From Escherichia phage phiWec190, in the sequence record LC739539.1: DNA of 64,000 bases. One strand, 5' to 3'. Below, piece after piece: positions 36,758 to 44,896 of this stretch (its first letter is position 1; every line of letters starts with the position of its first letter). The notes below the pieces were generated by a model. The model saw only the letters and a program-made list of their open reading frames with translations, did no database searches and was not told the DNA's origin. The position numbers and the translations under genes are program-made.

Positions 36758-37314
36758 TGGGGCGCGAATATGTGATCCAGTCCTGGGTAAAACATGACGT
36801 TAATGATCCGCGCATTATACCGGACGACATGATCGATCATGCTCCTGGCTATAGTGGCGAGCAAGTAGGCAACAGATCGGCGCGTAGTCATGGGAATACC
36901 AAAACACGCAGCGATCGCCCTGGTTGGCTGGCAAATGGTAACGCTGACATTGCAAGCGCCGCAGATGATAGCGACGGCGCGAAAGATAATCCGCTGTACA
37001 AGGTAGATCCGGCTTTTCGTGTCCTGGATGAATACCCCAGCAAGATAGCGGCGCTTGATGCCGCGCTCGAAAGTAAGCGCATCACCTGGACGGCGTACAG
37101 TACTGCAAAAAGCGTATTAGATGGTAAGCTGATCCAAGCTGAAAGGAAATTGGCCAAAATTGCAGCCATAGCCCAGGAGGAAGACCAGGAAGAGGAAGAC
37201 GATCACGCGGTTGAGTGCATCACCTTTGATCACTTCCTTCCAGTCTTTGAGGCATCACAAGAAGAGAAGAAAGAAGCCGAAAAAAATTATCTTTATTTTG
37301 ATGATTTAGGTTGA
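36757..37314 (+). CDS. hypothetical protein (185 aa) with acidic C-terminus
   Basis: ORF track; stop/start overlap with upstream gene. Confidence 0.5.
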   Translation: MGREYVIQSWVKHDVNDPRIIPDDMIDHAPGYSGEQVGNRSARSHGNTKTRSDRPGWLANGNADIASAADDSDGAKDNPLYKVDPAFRVLDEYPSKIAALDAALESKRITWTAYSTAKSVLDGKLIQAERKLAKIAAIAQEEDQEEEDDHAVECITFDHFLPVFEASQEEKKEAEKNYLYFDDLG

Positions 37315-37368
37315 CAGGTAAAACGTGATCACTTATAGTTAACTCATAGGGCGGCAACGGTGCCGCTC
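37311..37368 (+). promoter_or_regulatory. cassette promoter plus leader stem-loop (copy 3)
   Basis: TTGACA 37311-16, 17 nt, TATAGT 37334-39, leader CATAGGGCGGCAACGGTGCCGCTCACAAC. Confidence 0.6.
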
Positions 37369-37388
37369 ACAACCGAAAGGATAGAAAA

Positions 37389-37472
37389 ATGTTTACTACT
37401 TCCCTGTTTTTTGCAATCAATTTTATTCCTGGTTTCCGTGCTGCACTTGAAATCATTCTTTGGACACTGTAA
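37389..37472 (+). CDS. micro-ORF hydrophobic peptide (27 aa)
   Basis: Hand-read MFTTSLFFAINFIPGFRAALEIILWTL right after leader and RBS AAAGGA; not in track. Confidence 0.4.
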   Translation: MFTTSLFFAINFIPGFRAALEIILWTL

Positions 37473-37479
37473 GGAAAAC

Positions 37480-37590
37480 ATGATGATCAAGAAAGAAAAC
37501 AGTTTGACAGTTGGAACGATTAACGCTATTATCTTGGTTGTTCCATTTTGGATCACCGTAGCAGTTATCACAACAATCATTTTCAAGTAA
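37480..37590 (+). CDS. micro-ORF membrane peptide (36 aa)
   Basis: MMIKKENSLTVGTINAIILVVPFWITVAVITTIIFK; in-frame tail of track ORF 37360..37590, whose annotated start lies inside the stem-loop. Confidence 0.4.
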   Translation: MMIKKENSLTVGTINAIILVVPFWITVAVITTIIFK

Positions 37591-37600
37591 GGGGCACACC

Positions 37601-37792
37601 ATGTTTAAAAATATCACTGGCAACGTAGCAACATTGAAAGCAGGTGACAAGGTAGAATTGCACCGGATCACAATGACAGTAGCGCACATTGAAAAAGTGC
37701 CACCGCATCACCGCAAGATCTCGCTAACTTGCAACAAGGGGCGTAACATTACCGCCACATTGCACGAAAAAGATAACGTAGTCATTCTATAA
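37601..37792 (+). CDS. small hypothetical protein (63 aa)
   Basis: ORF track; RBS AAGGGG. Confidence 0.45.
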   Translation: MFKNITGNVATLKAGDKVELHRITMTVAHIEKVPPHHRKISLTCNKGRNITATLHEKDNVVIL

Positions 37793-37802
37793 GGCGGACA
37801 CT

Positions 37803-38084
37803 ATGAGCAAGGTAATTAGTCACGAAAAACTAAGCCCTACCCTATCGATCAGTGAATGCAACGATGGTTATTGGCTATACGATGAAACGCGCGGCATGAA
37901 TTTATCGATGCAAGCGAAAACCGAACAAGCGGCATATGTGCAAGCCCTGGAATATTACCAGCGACGACTACAGGAAGTTGAGAACAATTATAAAAGCCTG
38001 AAATCAAAGGTTGATCACTTTATCAGCCAGGCGGCAGATGACGACGATGATCACTATTGCGAGCGGTGCGGATCATACAGTTAA
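37803..38084 (+). CDS. small hypothetical protein (93 aa)
   Basis: ORF track; C-terminal CERCGS. Confidence 0.45.
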   Translation: MSKVISHEKLSPTLSISECNDGYWLYDETRGMNLSMQAKTEQAAYVQALEYYQRRLQEVENNYKSLKSKVDHFISQAADDDDDHYCERCGSYS

Positions 38085-38092
38085 AAATATCC

Positions 38093-38154
38093 TTGACAAC
38101 GTTTCAAAAAGTAGTAAGCTGTATCACATAGGGCGGCGGAATGGTCCACCGCTC
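38093..38154 (+). promoter_or_regulatory. cassette promoter plus leader stem-loop (copy 4)
   Basis: TTGACA 38093-98, TAAGCT, leader CACATAGGGCGGCGGAATGGTCCACCGCTC. Confidence 0.55.
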
Positions 38155-38174
38155 AAAACAGAAGAGAGAATATC

Positions 38175-38420
38175 ATGAAACACTTATCATCTATCACCAA
38201 TCACAATGAAATCTTTGTTAATGAAAAAGGTTACGCCTGGATTCAGTTAAAAGAGATGAAAAATAACCGTCGTGTAACGGTTGTTCGTAAAATTAAAAGC
38301 AAGCCTTTTAGTAACTTCTCGATTGATACCGTGCGGATCAAGAATGAAGAATACTTGATCGATAGCCAAATCACTTGGAGCTTAACGGCATCAGCCGCCG
38401 CACCATATTTCGCAAACTAA
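38175..38420 (+). CDS. small hypothetical protein (81 aa)
   Basis: ORF track. Confidence 0.5.
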   Translation: MKHLSSITNHNEIFVNEKGYAWIQLKEMKNNRRVTVVRKIKSKPFSNFSIDTVRIKNEEYLIDSQITWSLTASAAAPYFAN

Positions 38421-38431
38421 GAAAAAAACGT

Positions 38432-38488
38432 TTGACACTGTTTAAAATTCTGTTATAGTTTATCACGTAGGGCGGCAATGGTGCCGCC
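38432..38488 (+). promoter_or_regulatory. cassette promoter plus leader stem-loop (copy 5)
   Basis: TTGACA 38432-37, 16 nt, TATAGT, leader CACGTAGGGCGGCAATGGTGCCGCC. Confidence 0.6.
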
Positions 38489-38509
38489 AACAATAAAAAG
38501 GTTATCATC

Positions 38510-38689
38510 ATGGCTATCATTGCAAAAACTGAAATCGTGGGCTTAGATTCCATTCTTCTGACATATAAGGAAACGTTAGGAATGTATGTAGTAACCTATG
38601 GGGATTATGTGCATGAATACGAATATATTGATCTTGCTTTCGAATGTTACATTCGTCAGGTCAATCAAGCCTATAATGATTATCGTTAA
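38510..38689 (+). CDS. small hypothetical protein (59 aa, not in track)
   Basis: Hand-read MAIIAKTEIVGLDSILLTYKETLGMYVV... Confidence 0.4.
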   Translation: MAIIAKTEIVGLDSILLTYKETLGMYVVTYGDYVHEYEYIDLAFECYIRQVNQAYNDYR

Positions 38690-38708
38690 AAGTTTTAGTC
38701 TTGTGCTA

Positions 38709-38761
38709 TTGACAATAGGCGATAGTACAAGCATAATAACTTTTATCGGGAATACTTCCCA
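38709..38761 (+). promoter_or_regulatory. cassette promoter with variant leader hairpin (copy 6)
   Basis: TTGACA 38709-14, 17 nt, CATAAT 38732-37, hairpin GGGAA-TAC-TTCCC. Confidence 0.5.
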
Positions 38762-38786
38762 CTAACCAAAAAGAGAGAGTAAGAAC

Positions 38787-39152
38787 ATGGCTAAAAATAT
38801 CAATGTGTCCGCTTATGCTACCCTGGCTAACACTGCTAAAATCGAACTATCCAGCATTGAAGCAGTGCACATTAGCGCCCGTCGCTGGTTTCAACAGTCC
38901 TACGGTAATACATATTTTTCTTTAAGTGTGGACGTCGAGATCTGCGGTAAATTGATTGAAGTGGTTAACGTTCCGTTTCAATATGGCTATGGTGATCATT
39001 TTGATACCGTCGCCCTGGAAGAATTTAGCAAGGTTATCAACCTTGAAGGCAAAGAATTTTCACGCGGCAGCTATCTTTCCCGTTTTTGCCGTGACAATGG
39101 GATCGCTGTATACAGTCATGCAAGCGATGTTAAGCGTAAAAAAGATTTATAA
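38787..39152 (+). CDS. hypothetical protein (121 aa)
   Basis: ORF track. Confidence 0.5.
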   Translation: MAKNINVSAYATLANTAKIELSSIEAVHISARRWFQQSYGNTYFSLSVDVEICGKLIEVVNVPFQYGYGDHFDTVALEEFSKVINLEGKEFSRGSYLSRFCRDNGIAVYSHASDVKRKKDL

Positions 39153-39158
39153 AAGACG

Positions 39159-39220
39159 TTGACAGCACGAATAAAAAGAGTAAACTGTATTACATAGGGC
39201 GCGGGAATAGTTCCCGCCCC
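39159..39220 (+). promoter_or_regulatory. cassette promoter plus leader stem-loop (copy 7)
   Basis: TTGACA 39159-64, 16 nt, TAAACT, leader ACATAGGGCGCGGGAATAGTTCCCGCCCC. Confidence 0.6.
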
Positions 39221-39241
39221 ACTCAAAGAGAGATTAACATC

Positions 39242-39481
39242 ATGGCTAAATCAAAAATGTTCTTAGGTCACAAAAATAAAAATCATTGGAATGTAAGCCT
39301 TTGGATTAACAACGATGAATCATTGTATCGGTTGGCCCTGGACTTTATTAACGATAGCACTAATCGCAATGATGCGGCCCGTCATATGATGCTATTTTTA
39401 CAAGAGACTGGACAAGATAAGACTCCAGACGGTTTCAAATATAGCACTACTGCGATCCGCGCCGCGATGGTCGGAATGTAA
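39242..39481 (+). CDS. small hypothetical protein (79 aa)
   Basis: ORF track. Confidence 0.5.
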   Translation: MAKSKMFLGHKNKNHWNVSLWINNDESLYRLALDFINDSTNRNDAARHMMLFLQETGQDKTPDGFKYSTTAIRAAMVGM

Positions 39482-39490
39482 TAAAAACAG

Positions 39491-39548
39491 TTGACAACGT
39501 TTTAAATTAGTGTAAGATGTATCACATAGGGGCGACAAGCGCCCCGCC
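39491..39548 (+). promoter_or_regulatory. cassette promoter plus leader stem-loop (copy 8)
   Basis: TTGACA 39491-96, 16 nt, TAAGAT, leader CACATAGGGGCGACAAGCGCCCCGCC. Confidence 0.6.
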
Positions 39549-39568
39549 TAACAGAAGAGAGAAAAATC

Positions 39569-39796
39569 ATGGCTATCAATATTGTTCGCGTATCCGGCAC
39601 CGTTGGCACTTCCCAGGTTATAGCCGTTGTAACAAATAAAAAGATTAATGATGTATGTGAGATCTTGAATAAGTGGGCTATTGCTAATTTTGGGGAATAT
39701 GCGAGCGTTGAGTACATCGAATCTTATCAGGTGCCAACCATCAGCCTGACCGATCTCAACGTTGATCGCCTGTTATGCCTGGACGAATTAATCTGA
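39569..39796 (+). CDS. small hypothetical protein (75 aa)
   Basis: ORF track. Confidence 0.5.
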   Translation: MAINIVRVSGTVGTSQVIAVVTNKKINDVCEILNKWAIANFGEYASVEYIESYQVPTISLTDLNVDRLLCLDELI

Positions 39797-39805
39797 AAAA
39801 GATTG

Positions 39806-39862
39806 TTGACACGGGAAAGAAAAAGAGTAAACTGTATTACGTAGGGCGGCAATGGTGCCGCC
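39806..39862 (+). promoter_or_regulatory. cassette promoter plus leader stem-loop (copy 9)
   Basis: TTGACA 39806-11, 16 nt, TAAACT, leader ACGTAGGGCGGCAATGGTGCCGCC. Confidence 0.6.
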
Positions 39863-39881
39863 AGCAAGAAGAGAGATTATC

Positions 39882-40097
39882 ATGATGGCTAATATCCGCA
39901 CACTGTTAAAAAATGCAAGTCGAGTTTTATTTTCCGATCACGATTATTTCAATAAAGACATTACAGGCGTTAAGAACATCAAAGATGTAAAAAGTGTTAT
40001 GGGTATATATTGCAATGTGAAACGTGTTGGAACTTTTAGCAACAAGGTAGTATATCAGGCAGGGGATTACAATTTTACACTAACAATCTTAAATTAA
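39882..40097 (+). CDS. small hypothetical protein (71 aa)
   Basis: Track ORF trimmed to MMANIRT... after leader. Confidence 0.45.
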   Translation: MMANIRTLLKNASRVLFSDHDYFNKDITGVKNIKDVKSVMGIYCNVKRVGTFSNKVVYQAGDYNFTLTILN

Positions 40098-40100
40098 AGC

Positions 40101-40162
40101 TTGCAATCCCCATAAAATAAAGTAAACTGTATTACATCAAGGCGGCGGAATGGTCCACCGCC
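40101..40162 (+). promoter_or_regulatory. cassette promoter plus leader stem-loop (copy 10)
   Basis: TTGCAA 40101-06, 16 nt, TAAACT, leader ACATCAAGGCGGCGGAATGGTCCACCGCC. Confidence 0.55.
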
Positions 40163-40186
40163 TAACAAAGAGAAGAGGAAAACATC

Positions 40187-40354
40187 ATGATTACTTTTAC
40201 TACCCGTGAAGCCGCTCGCAACGTTGCACGTAAAGTTAACGCCGCCAACCTGGGCGCTACGCTTAAAGCCCCTGTAAAAGATACATCAGGCGCGTGGATC
40301 TTCCCTGGTCTGCGTCATGCTGATAACTTGGGCACGTTAAGCCGTAACAAATAA
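40187..40354 (+). CDS. small basic protein (55 aa, not in track)
   Basis: Hand-read MITFTTREAARNVARKVNAANLGATLKAPVKDTSGAWIFPGLRHADNLGTLSRNK. Confidence 0.4.
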   Translation: MITFTTREAARNVARKVNAANLGATLKAPVKDTSGAWIFPGLRHADNLGTLSRNK

Positions 40355-40368
40355 GGTTAGCCCTTCGT

Positions 40369-40396
40369 AATAGCGCCCCGCTCAATAGGCGCTATT
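40369..40396 (+). other. intercistronic 9-bp-stem hairpin
   Basis: AATAGCGCC-CCGCTCAATA-GGCGCTATT, immediately upstream of RBS for 40435. Confidence 0.45.
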
Positions 40397-40434
40397 GAGA
40401 AGAGAAACCACTTATCACAAAGAGAGAAAACATC

Positions 40435-40656
40435 ATGATCACTTTCGCTATTGTCGCCGTTGTCGCTGGTCAAGTTTACGTGAACGATACATTCACCACC
40501 GAAGACAAAGCAGCAGGAGATATCACCGCCGCTTATAACGAGTGCAAGGAAGTAGGAAGGATGTTAGCGCCTTGCTTCCTTATGAGTGAACGCCAGGACG
40601 GGATCACGGTGTTTACTAACATTGAAACAGGATATCAAATGATAGTAGAAAAATGA
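40435..40656 (+). CDS. small hypothetical protein (73 aa)
   Basis: ORF track. Confidence 0.45.
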   Translation: MITFAIVAVVAGQVYVNDTFTTEDKAAGDITAAYNECKEVGRMLAPCFLMSERQDGITVFTNIETGYQMIVEK

Positions 40657-40718
40657 TTGACAAGTTTTAAAAATCCGGTAAGATGTAACACGTAGGGCGG
40701 CAATGGTGCCGCTCACAA
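40656..40718 (+). promoter_or_regulatory. cassette promoter plus leader stem-loop (copy 11)
   Basis: TTGACA 40656-61, 16 nt, TAAGAT, leader ACACGTAGGGCGGCAATGGTGCCGCTCACAAC. Confidence 0.6.
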
Positions 40719-40733
40719 CAGAAGAGAGACACC

Positions 40734-41087
40734 ATGAAAGCACAAAATGCAATTAAACTTTATATTCTGGCCTCAATTGATTATAGCGAGTATAGCATCA
40801 CAGAAGAGAAAGAGAAGATCGCGGAATTGATGCGACGTTTTAAGAATGAGTACTGGTATCCCTATAACCAAGAATACTACAATCATAACGTTATCAGAGC
40901 AATAGCCTCATGGTTACAAGGTTTACCGTCAGATATCAATATCGCTTTCGAATATTGGGAAGTAGATCGGTTGTTAACATCCTGGGGATACATTAGCGAG
41001 CGTAGCAGCGAAAGCAAGATCCAGAAAGAAAGGGAAAACTATTGGCTATACCTTGCAGGAGTGATCCTTGCACTTTCCCACGAATAA
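40734..41087 (+). CDS. hypothetical protein (117 aa)
   Basis: ORF track. Confidence 0.5.
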   Translation: MKAQNAIKLYILASIDYSEYSITEEKEKIAELMRRFKNEYWYPYNQEYYNHNVIRAIASWLQGLPSDINIAFEYWEVDRLLTSWGYISERSSESKIQKERENYWLYLAGVILALSHE

Positions 41088-41103
41088 AAAGTTTTAAAAG
41101 TAG

Positions 41104-41165
41104 TTGACAGGCATCAAACAATAAAGTAAATTTAAACACGTAGGGCGGCAATGGTGCCGCTCACA
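41104..41165 (+). promoter_or_regulatory. cassette promoter plus leader stem-loop (copy 12)
   Basis: TTGACA 41104-09, TAAATT, leader ACACGTAGGGCGGCAATGGTGCCGCTCACAAC. Confidence 0.55.
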
Positions 41166-41183
41166 ACAAAAAGAGGAAACATC

Positions 41184-41330
41184 ATGAATACATCTAATCG
41201 CGCCGAAAAAATCCAATCTTCCAAAACTCGCGCAGCGTGGAATGAAGAAGTGGTCCGCAAGGGCGACAAGCGCAACAAGACTAAGCGCGACCGCACCGAT
41301 AAACGTGCATGGCTGGACCTGGAAGACTAA
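41184..41330 (+). CDS. small highly basic protein (48 aa, not in track)
   Basis: Hand-read MNTSNRAEKIQSSKTRAAWNEEVVRKGDKRNKTKRDRTDKRAWLDLED. Confidence 0.4.
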   Translation: MNTSNRAEKIQSSKTRAAWNEEVVRKGDKRNKTKRDRTDKRAWLDLED

Positions 41331-41338
41331 CAAAACAA

Positions 41339-41361
41339 GGGCGCAAATAGCGCCCTTTCTT
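41339..41361 (+). terminator. rho-independent terminator
   Basis: GGGCGC-AAATA-GCGCCC then TTTCTT. Confidence 0.6.
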
Positions 41362-41386
41362 ATATCTAACGAGAGGATAACAGCAC

Positions 41387-41572
41387 ATGACCTTAAACGA
41401 GATTAAAACCGCCTACAACGCAACGAACAAAGTAGCAGCCCGTTACCGCGACGAATACGGATTTATTGCGCAAGGCGTGATCCTGGGCTTATCTAATGAT
41501 GGTTTGATTTACATTGATGCTTATCATAACCAGGTTAAACCTGAAAATGTTATCAGTATAAAATATCTTTAA
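41387..41572 (+). CDS. small hypothetical protein (61 aa)
   Basis: ORF track; RBS GAGAGGA. Confidence 0.45.
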   Translation: MTLNEIKTAYNATNKVAARYRDEYGFIAQGVILGLSNDGLIYIDAYHNQVKPENVISIKYL

Positions 41573-41578
41573 AAGTGG

Positions 41579-41638
41579 TTGACACCATAATCAGACCTGA
41601 TAAGATGTATCACGTAGGGCGGCAATGGTACCGCGCTC
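41579..41638 (+). promoter_or_regulatory. cassette promoter plus leader stem-loop (copy 13)
   Basis: TTGACA 41579-84, 16 nt, TAAGAT, leader CACGTAGGGCGGCAATGGTACCGCGCTC. Confidence 0.55.
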
Positions 41639-41654
41639 GTTTGAGGATCAAACT

Positions 41655-41939
41655 ATGGTTAAAGCTAACACGGTGCTACTGTTTTCCCTGGTTAATGATG
41701 CCGCTTACTTGTCCAACATGACGCAAGATGATAGCACATTAACGGCAACGTTTACCGATGGACTTAACCGAGTGATCATCGTTTCACTGAAAACAGGGAG
41801 TAAAGGCTTTTACTCGTTGGCTTATCATTGGGTAACAGACAGCGACGAGACAAGCCAGGACTATAGCGCCCCGTTCCCTGAATCAATGGCACGGGAGATC
41901 ATCGCCGCCGTTGTAAACGATGGTTTATTTACTGCATAA
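41655..41939 (+). CDS. hypothetical protein (94 aa)
   Basis: Track ORF trimmed to MVKANTV... Confidence 0.45.
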   Translation: MVKANTVLLFSLVNDAAYLSNMTQDDSTLTATFTDGLNRVIIVSLKTGSKGFYSLAYHWVTDSDETSQDYSAPFPESMAREIIAAVVNDGLFTA

Positions 41940-41958
41940 AAATAATTTAGAAAAAGGT

Positions 41959-42020
41959 TTGCAATCATTTTGAGATAGTGTATATTTAATTCATAGGGCG
42001 GCGGGAATAGTTCCCAAAGC
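41959..42020 (+). promoter_or_regulatory. cassette promoter plus leader stem-loop (copy 14)
   Basis: TTGCAA 41959-64, 16 nt, TATATT, leader CATAGGGCGGCGGGAATAGTTCCC. Confidence 0.5.
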
Positions 42021-42038
42021 AAGCGAGAGGATAACACA

Positions 42039-42158
42039 ATGAACAAATACACAGTAGAATACACGGTAGAGAATCCGGCAGTATCCGAAGGGCGTAAGAC
42101 TACGATCGCCGTTGGTGTTATCGCTTTCGTTATCACTATCTTATCAATCATCTTATAA
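42039..42158 (+). CDS. micro-ORF membrane peptide (39 aa)
   Basis: Hand-read MNKYTVEYTVENPAVSEGRKTTIAVGVIAFVITILSIIL; C-terminal TM helix. Confidence 0.4.
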   Translation: MNKYTVEYTVENPAVSEGRKTTIAVGVIAFVITILSIIL

Positions 42159-42168
42159 GGTGCACACC

Positions 42169-42348
42169 ATGAAAACAGTAAACGTTATCAGATCATCAAA
42201 CATCATTAAAGAGATCGCCCTTGCCACTGGTATTGAGATCGAGGAAGTGATCGCGCTCAATCTTACAGAAAACGATCTGCGCAACTATGAAGCGGAAAGC
42301 GTGAAAGCAAGTGGCGCGGTCCTGGCATATAATCCGGCTAACAAATAG
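42169..42348 (+). CDS. small hypothetical protein (59 aa)
   Basis: In-frame tail of track ORF 42112..42348 from MKTVNV... Confidence 0.4.
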   Translation: MKTVNVIRSSNIIKEIALATGIEIEEVIALNLTENDLRNYEAESVKASGAVLAYNPANK

Positions 42349-42408
42349 TTTGACAAGCTGAATCAACCTGATAAGATGTATCACATAGGGGCGACAAGCG
42401 CCCCGCCT
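42349..42408 (+). promoter_or_regulatory. cassette promoter plus leader stem-loop (copy 15)
   Basis: TTGACA 42349-54, 17 nt, TAAGAT, leader CACATAGGGGCGACAAGCGCCCCGCC. Confidence 0.6.
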
Positions 42409-42428
42409 AACAGAAGAGAGAAAAAATC

Positions 42429-42707
42429 ATGACCATCGTTAAATTAACAACCGAAGAAATGAAAACAATGTTAACCACTAATTTACAAAATTGGAAAATT
42501 GGTGTTGACGTTGAAACAGTGTGCAAGTTGAACGACAAACTAACACCGGACGACATTGAAACGATCATCCGTGCAGATTTCTATGATGCTTTATACGATG
42601 ATTCCACAGTCCTTGAAACGATGTTGGATAACGCTTGGATCAATCCCGATTTGGCGGCTTATGGTCATCTTGCCTTTGAAGCCATCCATAATGTTTATAA
42701 TCGTTAA
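42429..42707 (+). CDS. hypothetical protein (92 aa)
   Basis: ORF track. Confidence 0.5.
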   Translation: MTIVKLTTEEMKTMLTTNLQNWKIGVDVETVCKLNDKLTPDDIETIIRADFYDALYDDSTVLETMLDNAWINPDLAAYGHLAFEAIHNVYNR

Positions 42708-42717
42708 GGGGGATAAC

Positions 42718-42849
42718 ATGAATCCGAAAGATATGCAAGCATGGAAAGGGTACGACGATCTAAGCGCCTTGCGCAATAAGTCAAGCCGTAACCTTAGACG
42801 GTTGGAAGCAAAGAAAAAGAAAAATATTAAGGGGGTGCACCATGTATAA
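42718..42849 (+). CDS. small basic protein (43 aa)
   Basis: In-frame tail of track ORF 42556..42849 from MNPKDMQAWKGY..., RBS AAGGGGG. Confidence 0.35.
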   Translation: MNPKDMQAWKGYDDLSALRNKSSRNLRRLEAKKKKNIKGVHHV

Positions 42850-43069
42850 CAATATCATTGCAGATCGTGCCGCTACTATTCGCCCAGGAGATCGGGCGCG
42901 TTTACAGGTTGGCGTTTATCCGTTCCCGTCTTATGACTTCTGCAAGGTAACGGCTATCGAAAACAATCCGTTTGATCCTGACACCGTGATCATCTGGTAC
43001 GAAGGAAGGGGAAACAGATATGAAGATATCTTGGGGCGTGATGAATCCGTAAACATTTTACGCTATTAA
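42842..43069 (+). CDS. small hypothetical protein (75 aa)
   Basis: ORF track. Confidence 0.45.
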   Translation: MYNNIIADRAATIRPGDRARLQVGVYPFPSYDFCKVTAIENNPFDPDTVIIWYEGRGNRYEDILGRDESVNILRY

Positions 43070-43202
43070 CAGCCTGTAAGCTGTACGGCTGTATTACAGC
43101 CTAAAAGGTGTAAGGCAATGCAATCCCCTACCTGATTTAATTAGTGCGCCCTGGCTTATACTGGGGCGTTATACATTGTAGAAAATAATTTTAAAAATAT
43201 GC

Positions 43203-43263
43203 TTGACGCCTGGAACGTTGGCGCGTATAGTTTATCACATAGGGCGGCGGAATGGTCCACCGC
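43203..43263 (+). promoter_or_regulatory. cassette promoter plus leader stem-loop (copy 16)
   Basis: TTGACG 43203-08, 17 nt, TATAGT, leader CACATAGGGCGGCGGAATGGTCCACCGC. Confidence 0.6.
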
Positions 43264-43283
43264 AAAACAGAAGAGAAAACATC

Positions 43284-43469
43284 ATGACTACTTACAAGAA
43301 AACGAAAGAATTGGTAAAAGGCGATCTGGTTAGAAATATCCTGAATGGTAAGTTTTATGCAATGGTATCTATTGAACGTTATCAAACTGGTTACATTGTT
43401 AAACTTGATAGTCGTGACGATGGTTGCGAGTTTTACACTGAATATAATGATCGTCACATAGTCAAATAA
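43284..43469 (+). CDS. small hypothetical protein (61 aa)
   Basis: Track ORF trimmed to MTTYKKT... Confidence 0.45.
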   Translation: MTTYKKTKELVKGDLVRNILNGKFYAMVSIERYQTGYIVKLDSRDDGCEFYTEYNDRHIVK

Positions 43470-43480
43470 ACCATAAACCA

Positions 43481-43497
43481 GGGGCGACAAGCGCCCC
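43481..43497 (+). other. intercistronic hairpin GGGGCG-ACAAG-CGCCCC
   Basis: Same hairpin as in leaders of copies 8 and 15, here without a promoter. Confidence 0.45.
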
Positions 43498-43517
43498 ATA
43501 ACAAGAAAGGTAACAAG

Positions 43518-43700
43518 ATGAAAAAGATTGATTCTTCCCGTGTATTGTGTGAAATTGATGTTATCATCGGCAACGGCACCGGACACCATAAACTGATTAA
43601 GGGTAAGGCTTATCGCCTGGCAACGCTCAAAGCAGATATGCGCCTAACAGCAAGCCAGATCAAAAAGTTTTTTCGCCCCTTGTTGACAACAGCAAAGTAA
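43518..43700 (+). CDS. small basic protein (60 aa)
   Basis: ORF track. Confidence 0.45.
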   Translation: MKKIDSSRVLCEIDVIIGNGTGHHKLIKGKAYRLATLKADMRLTASQIKKFFRPLLTTAK

Positions 43701-43740
43701 GCGCGTAGTATTCATCTTGTAGGGCGGCAATGGTGCCGCC
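43683..43740 (+). promoter_or_regulatory. cassette promoter plus leader stem-loop (copy 17)
   Basis: TTGACA 43683-88 (inside 3' end of previous gene), 17 nt, TAGTAT, leader TTGTAGGGCGGCAATGGTGCCGCC. Confidence 0.55.
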
Positions 43741-43758
43741 GATGGTGAGGGTAATATA

Positions 43759-43896
43759 ATGAAAACTTTCAATGCAACAGCCTCGACAATTGGTTATATT
43801 ATTACAGTGCAAGCCGTGGACCTGGTAGCAGCAGCAAACAAGATTAAAAGAATGATCCCGCCAGGTAGTGAATTTTCCGTTTGGGAAGTAAAATAA
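43759..43896 (+). CDS. small hypothetical protein (45 aa, not in track)
   Basis: Hand-read MKTFNATASTIGYIITVQAVDLVAAANKIKRMIPPGSEFSVWEVK. Confidence 0.4.
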   Translation: MKTFNATASTIGYIITVQAVDLVAAANKIKRMIPPGSEFSVWEVK

Positions 43897-43898
43897 AT

Positions 43899-43961
43899 CT
43901 TGACAGTATTTTGTTTTCTGGTAAAGTGTATCACGTAGGGCGGGGCAATAAGGCAACGCCC
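43899..43961 (+). promoter_or_regulatory. cassette promoter plus leader stem-loop (copy 18)
   Basis: TTGACA 43899-904, 16 nt, TAAAGT, leader CACGTAGGGCGGGGCAATAAGGCAACGCCC. Confidence 0.55.
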
Positions 43962-43979
43962 ATTAAAGAGGGTAGCATC

Positions 43980-44084
43980 ATGTTAGAGAAAATTTTCACG
44001 GTTGCAATAGTTGGCCTGGCGTTATCGGTTGGAGTGGTTGCAACTATGGCTAATATGATCCTATCTTCTCACGGTATCGGTTAA
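43980..44084 (+). CDS. micro-ORF membrane peptide (34 aa)
   Basis: In-frame tail of track ORF 43881..44084: MLEKIFTVAIVGLALSVGVVATMANMILSSHGIG. Confidence 0.4.
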   Translation: MLEKIFTVAIVGLALSVGVVATMANMILSSHGIG

Positions 44085-44094
44085 GGTGAAACAA

Positions 44095-44310
44095 ATGTTC
44101 ACGAACAAAGCAGGCAAAACGGAATTTTTACGCGGCTTACAAGTTGGTAAGCCTGAGATCTGGCATTGCAGCAAGTCCGCACATAACGAAATGAAAGACT
44201 TTACCGCATCGTTGCAACGTGTTAAAATAACTATCACGCAGAAAAAAGCCCTGATAGTGGCAGAAAACGAGATCCCACAGACCATTATCATAATTGAGCG
44301 CACATCATAA
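44095..44310 (+). CDS. small hypothetical protein (71 aa)
   Basis: Track ORF 44086..44310; ATG at 44095 has AAGGTG RBS. Confidence 0.45.
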   Translation: MFTNKAGKTEFLRGLQVGKPEIWHCSKSAHNEMKDFTASLQRVKITITQKKALIVAENEIPQTIIIIERTS

Positions 44311-44325
44311 TTTTATTTATATTGA

Positions 44326-44387
44326 ATAAATAGTATTGACACAGATCACCAGTGTGATAATATTTACCACGTAGGGCGGCAATGGTG
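44326..44387 (+). promoter_or_regulatory. cassette promoter plus leader stem-loop (copy 19)
   Basis: TTGACA 44326-31, 16 nt, TAATAT, leader ACCACGTAGGGCGGCAATGGTGCCGCTCACC. Confidence 0.6.
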
Positions 44388-44412
44388 CCGCTCACCATTT
44401 GGAGTTATAACC

Positions 44413-44814
44413 ATGAACATTACGATCCTTTCTTATACTGACGTTGTTAACATTGCTAAAACTTTCGGCGCTGAAGCCCTGAAATATGCGGTTTCCAATG
44501 GTAATCTGACAAAGGAACAATGCTACCTGATTGGAGGCTGTAAACGTTGGGCGGTGTCTCGCAACATTGAGATCGAAAACGTCAACGATGGCAACACTGA
44601 ATATAGTGTTGATGCCGTTTTCCAGTCGGTTGATTTAGGCGGGATCTATAACACTAATCTGAATGATGTGCGTATCGTTCGCACTGGTTTCGGTGCTTAT
44701 GATGTACCAGTCCGCGAAGCTATGGAGAAAGGTTATATTAATCCGACCATTTTAAATATGATCATGACTGAGACTAAACAGCGTAACGATGCACGGGCTA
44801 TCTTGGGCCTGTAA
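44413..44814 (+). CDS. hypothetical protein (133 aa)
   Basis: ORF track. Confidence 0.5.
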   Translation: MNITILSYTDVVNIAKTFGAEALKYAVSNGNLTKEQCYLIGGCKRWAVSRNIEIENVNDGNTEYSVDAVFQSVDLGGIYNTNLNDVRIVRTGFGAYDVPVREAMEKGYINPTILNMIMTETKQRNDARAILGL

Positions 44815-44834
44815 GTAAAAACTCCAAAAAACTA

Positions 44835-44896
44835 TTGACACGGATCGTCAATATGATAATATTTACCACGTAGGGCGGGAATAGTTCCCGCTTCCT
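44835..44896 (+). promoter_or_regulatory. cassette promoter plus leader stem-loop (copy 20; near-duplicate of copy 19)
   Basis: TTGACA 44835-40, 16 nt, TAATAT, leader ACCACGTAGGGCGGGAATAGTTCCCGC. Confidence 0.6.

Noticed and set aside
37360-37590. Track ORF of 76 aa starting inside the leader stem-loop
   Set aside because: Its start codon lies within the conserved hairpin; the region is better explained by two RBS-preceded micro-ORFs (37389..37472 and 37480..37590).
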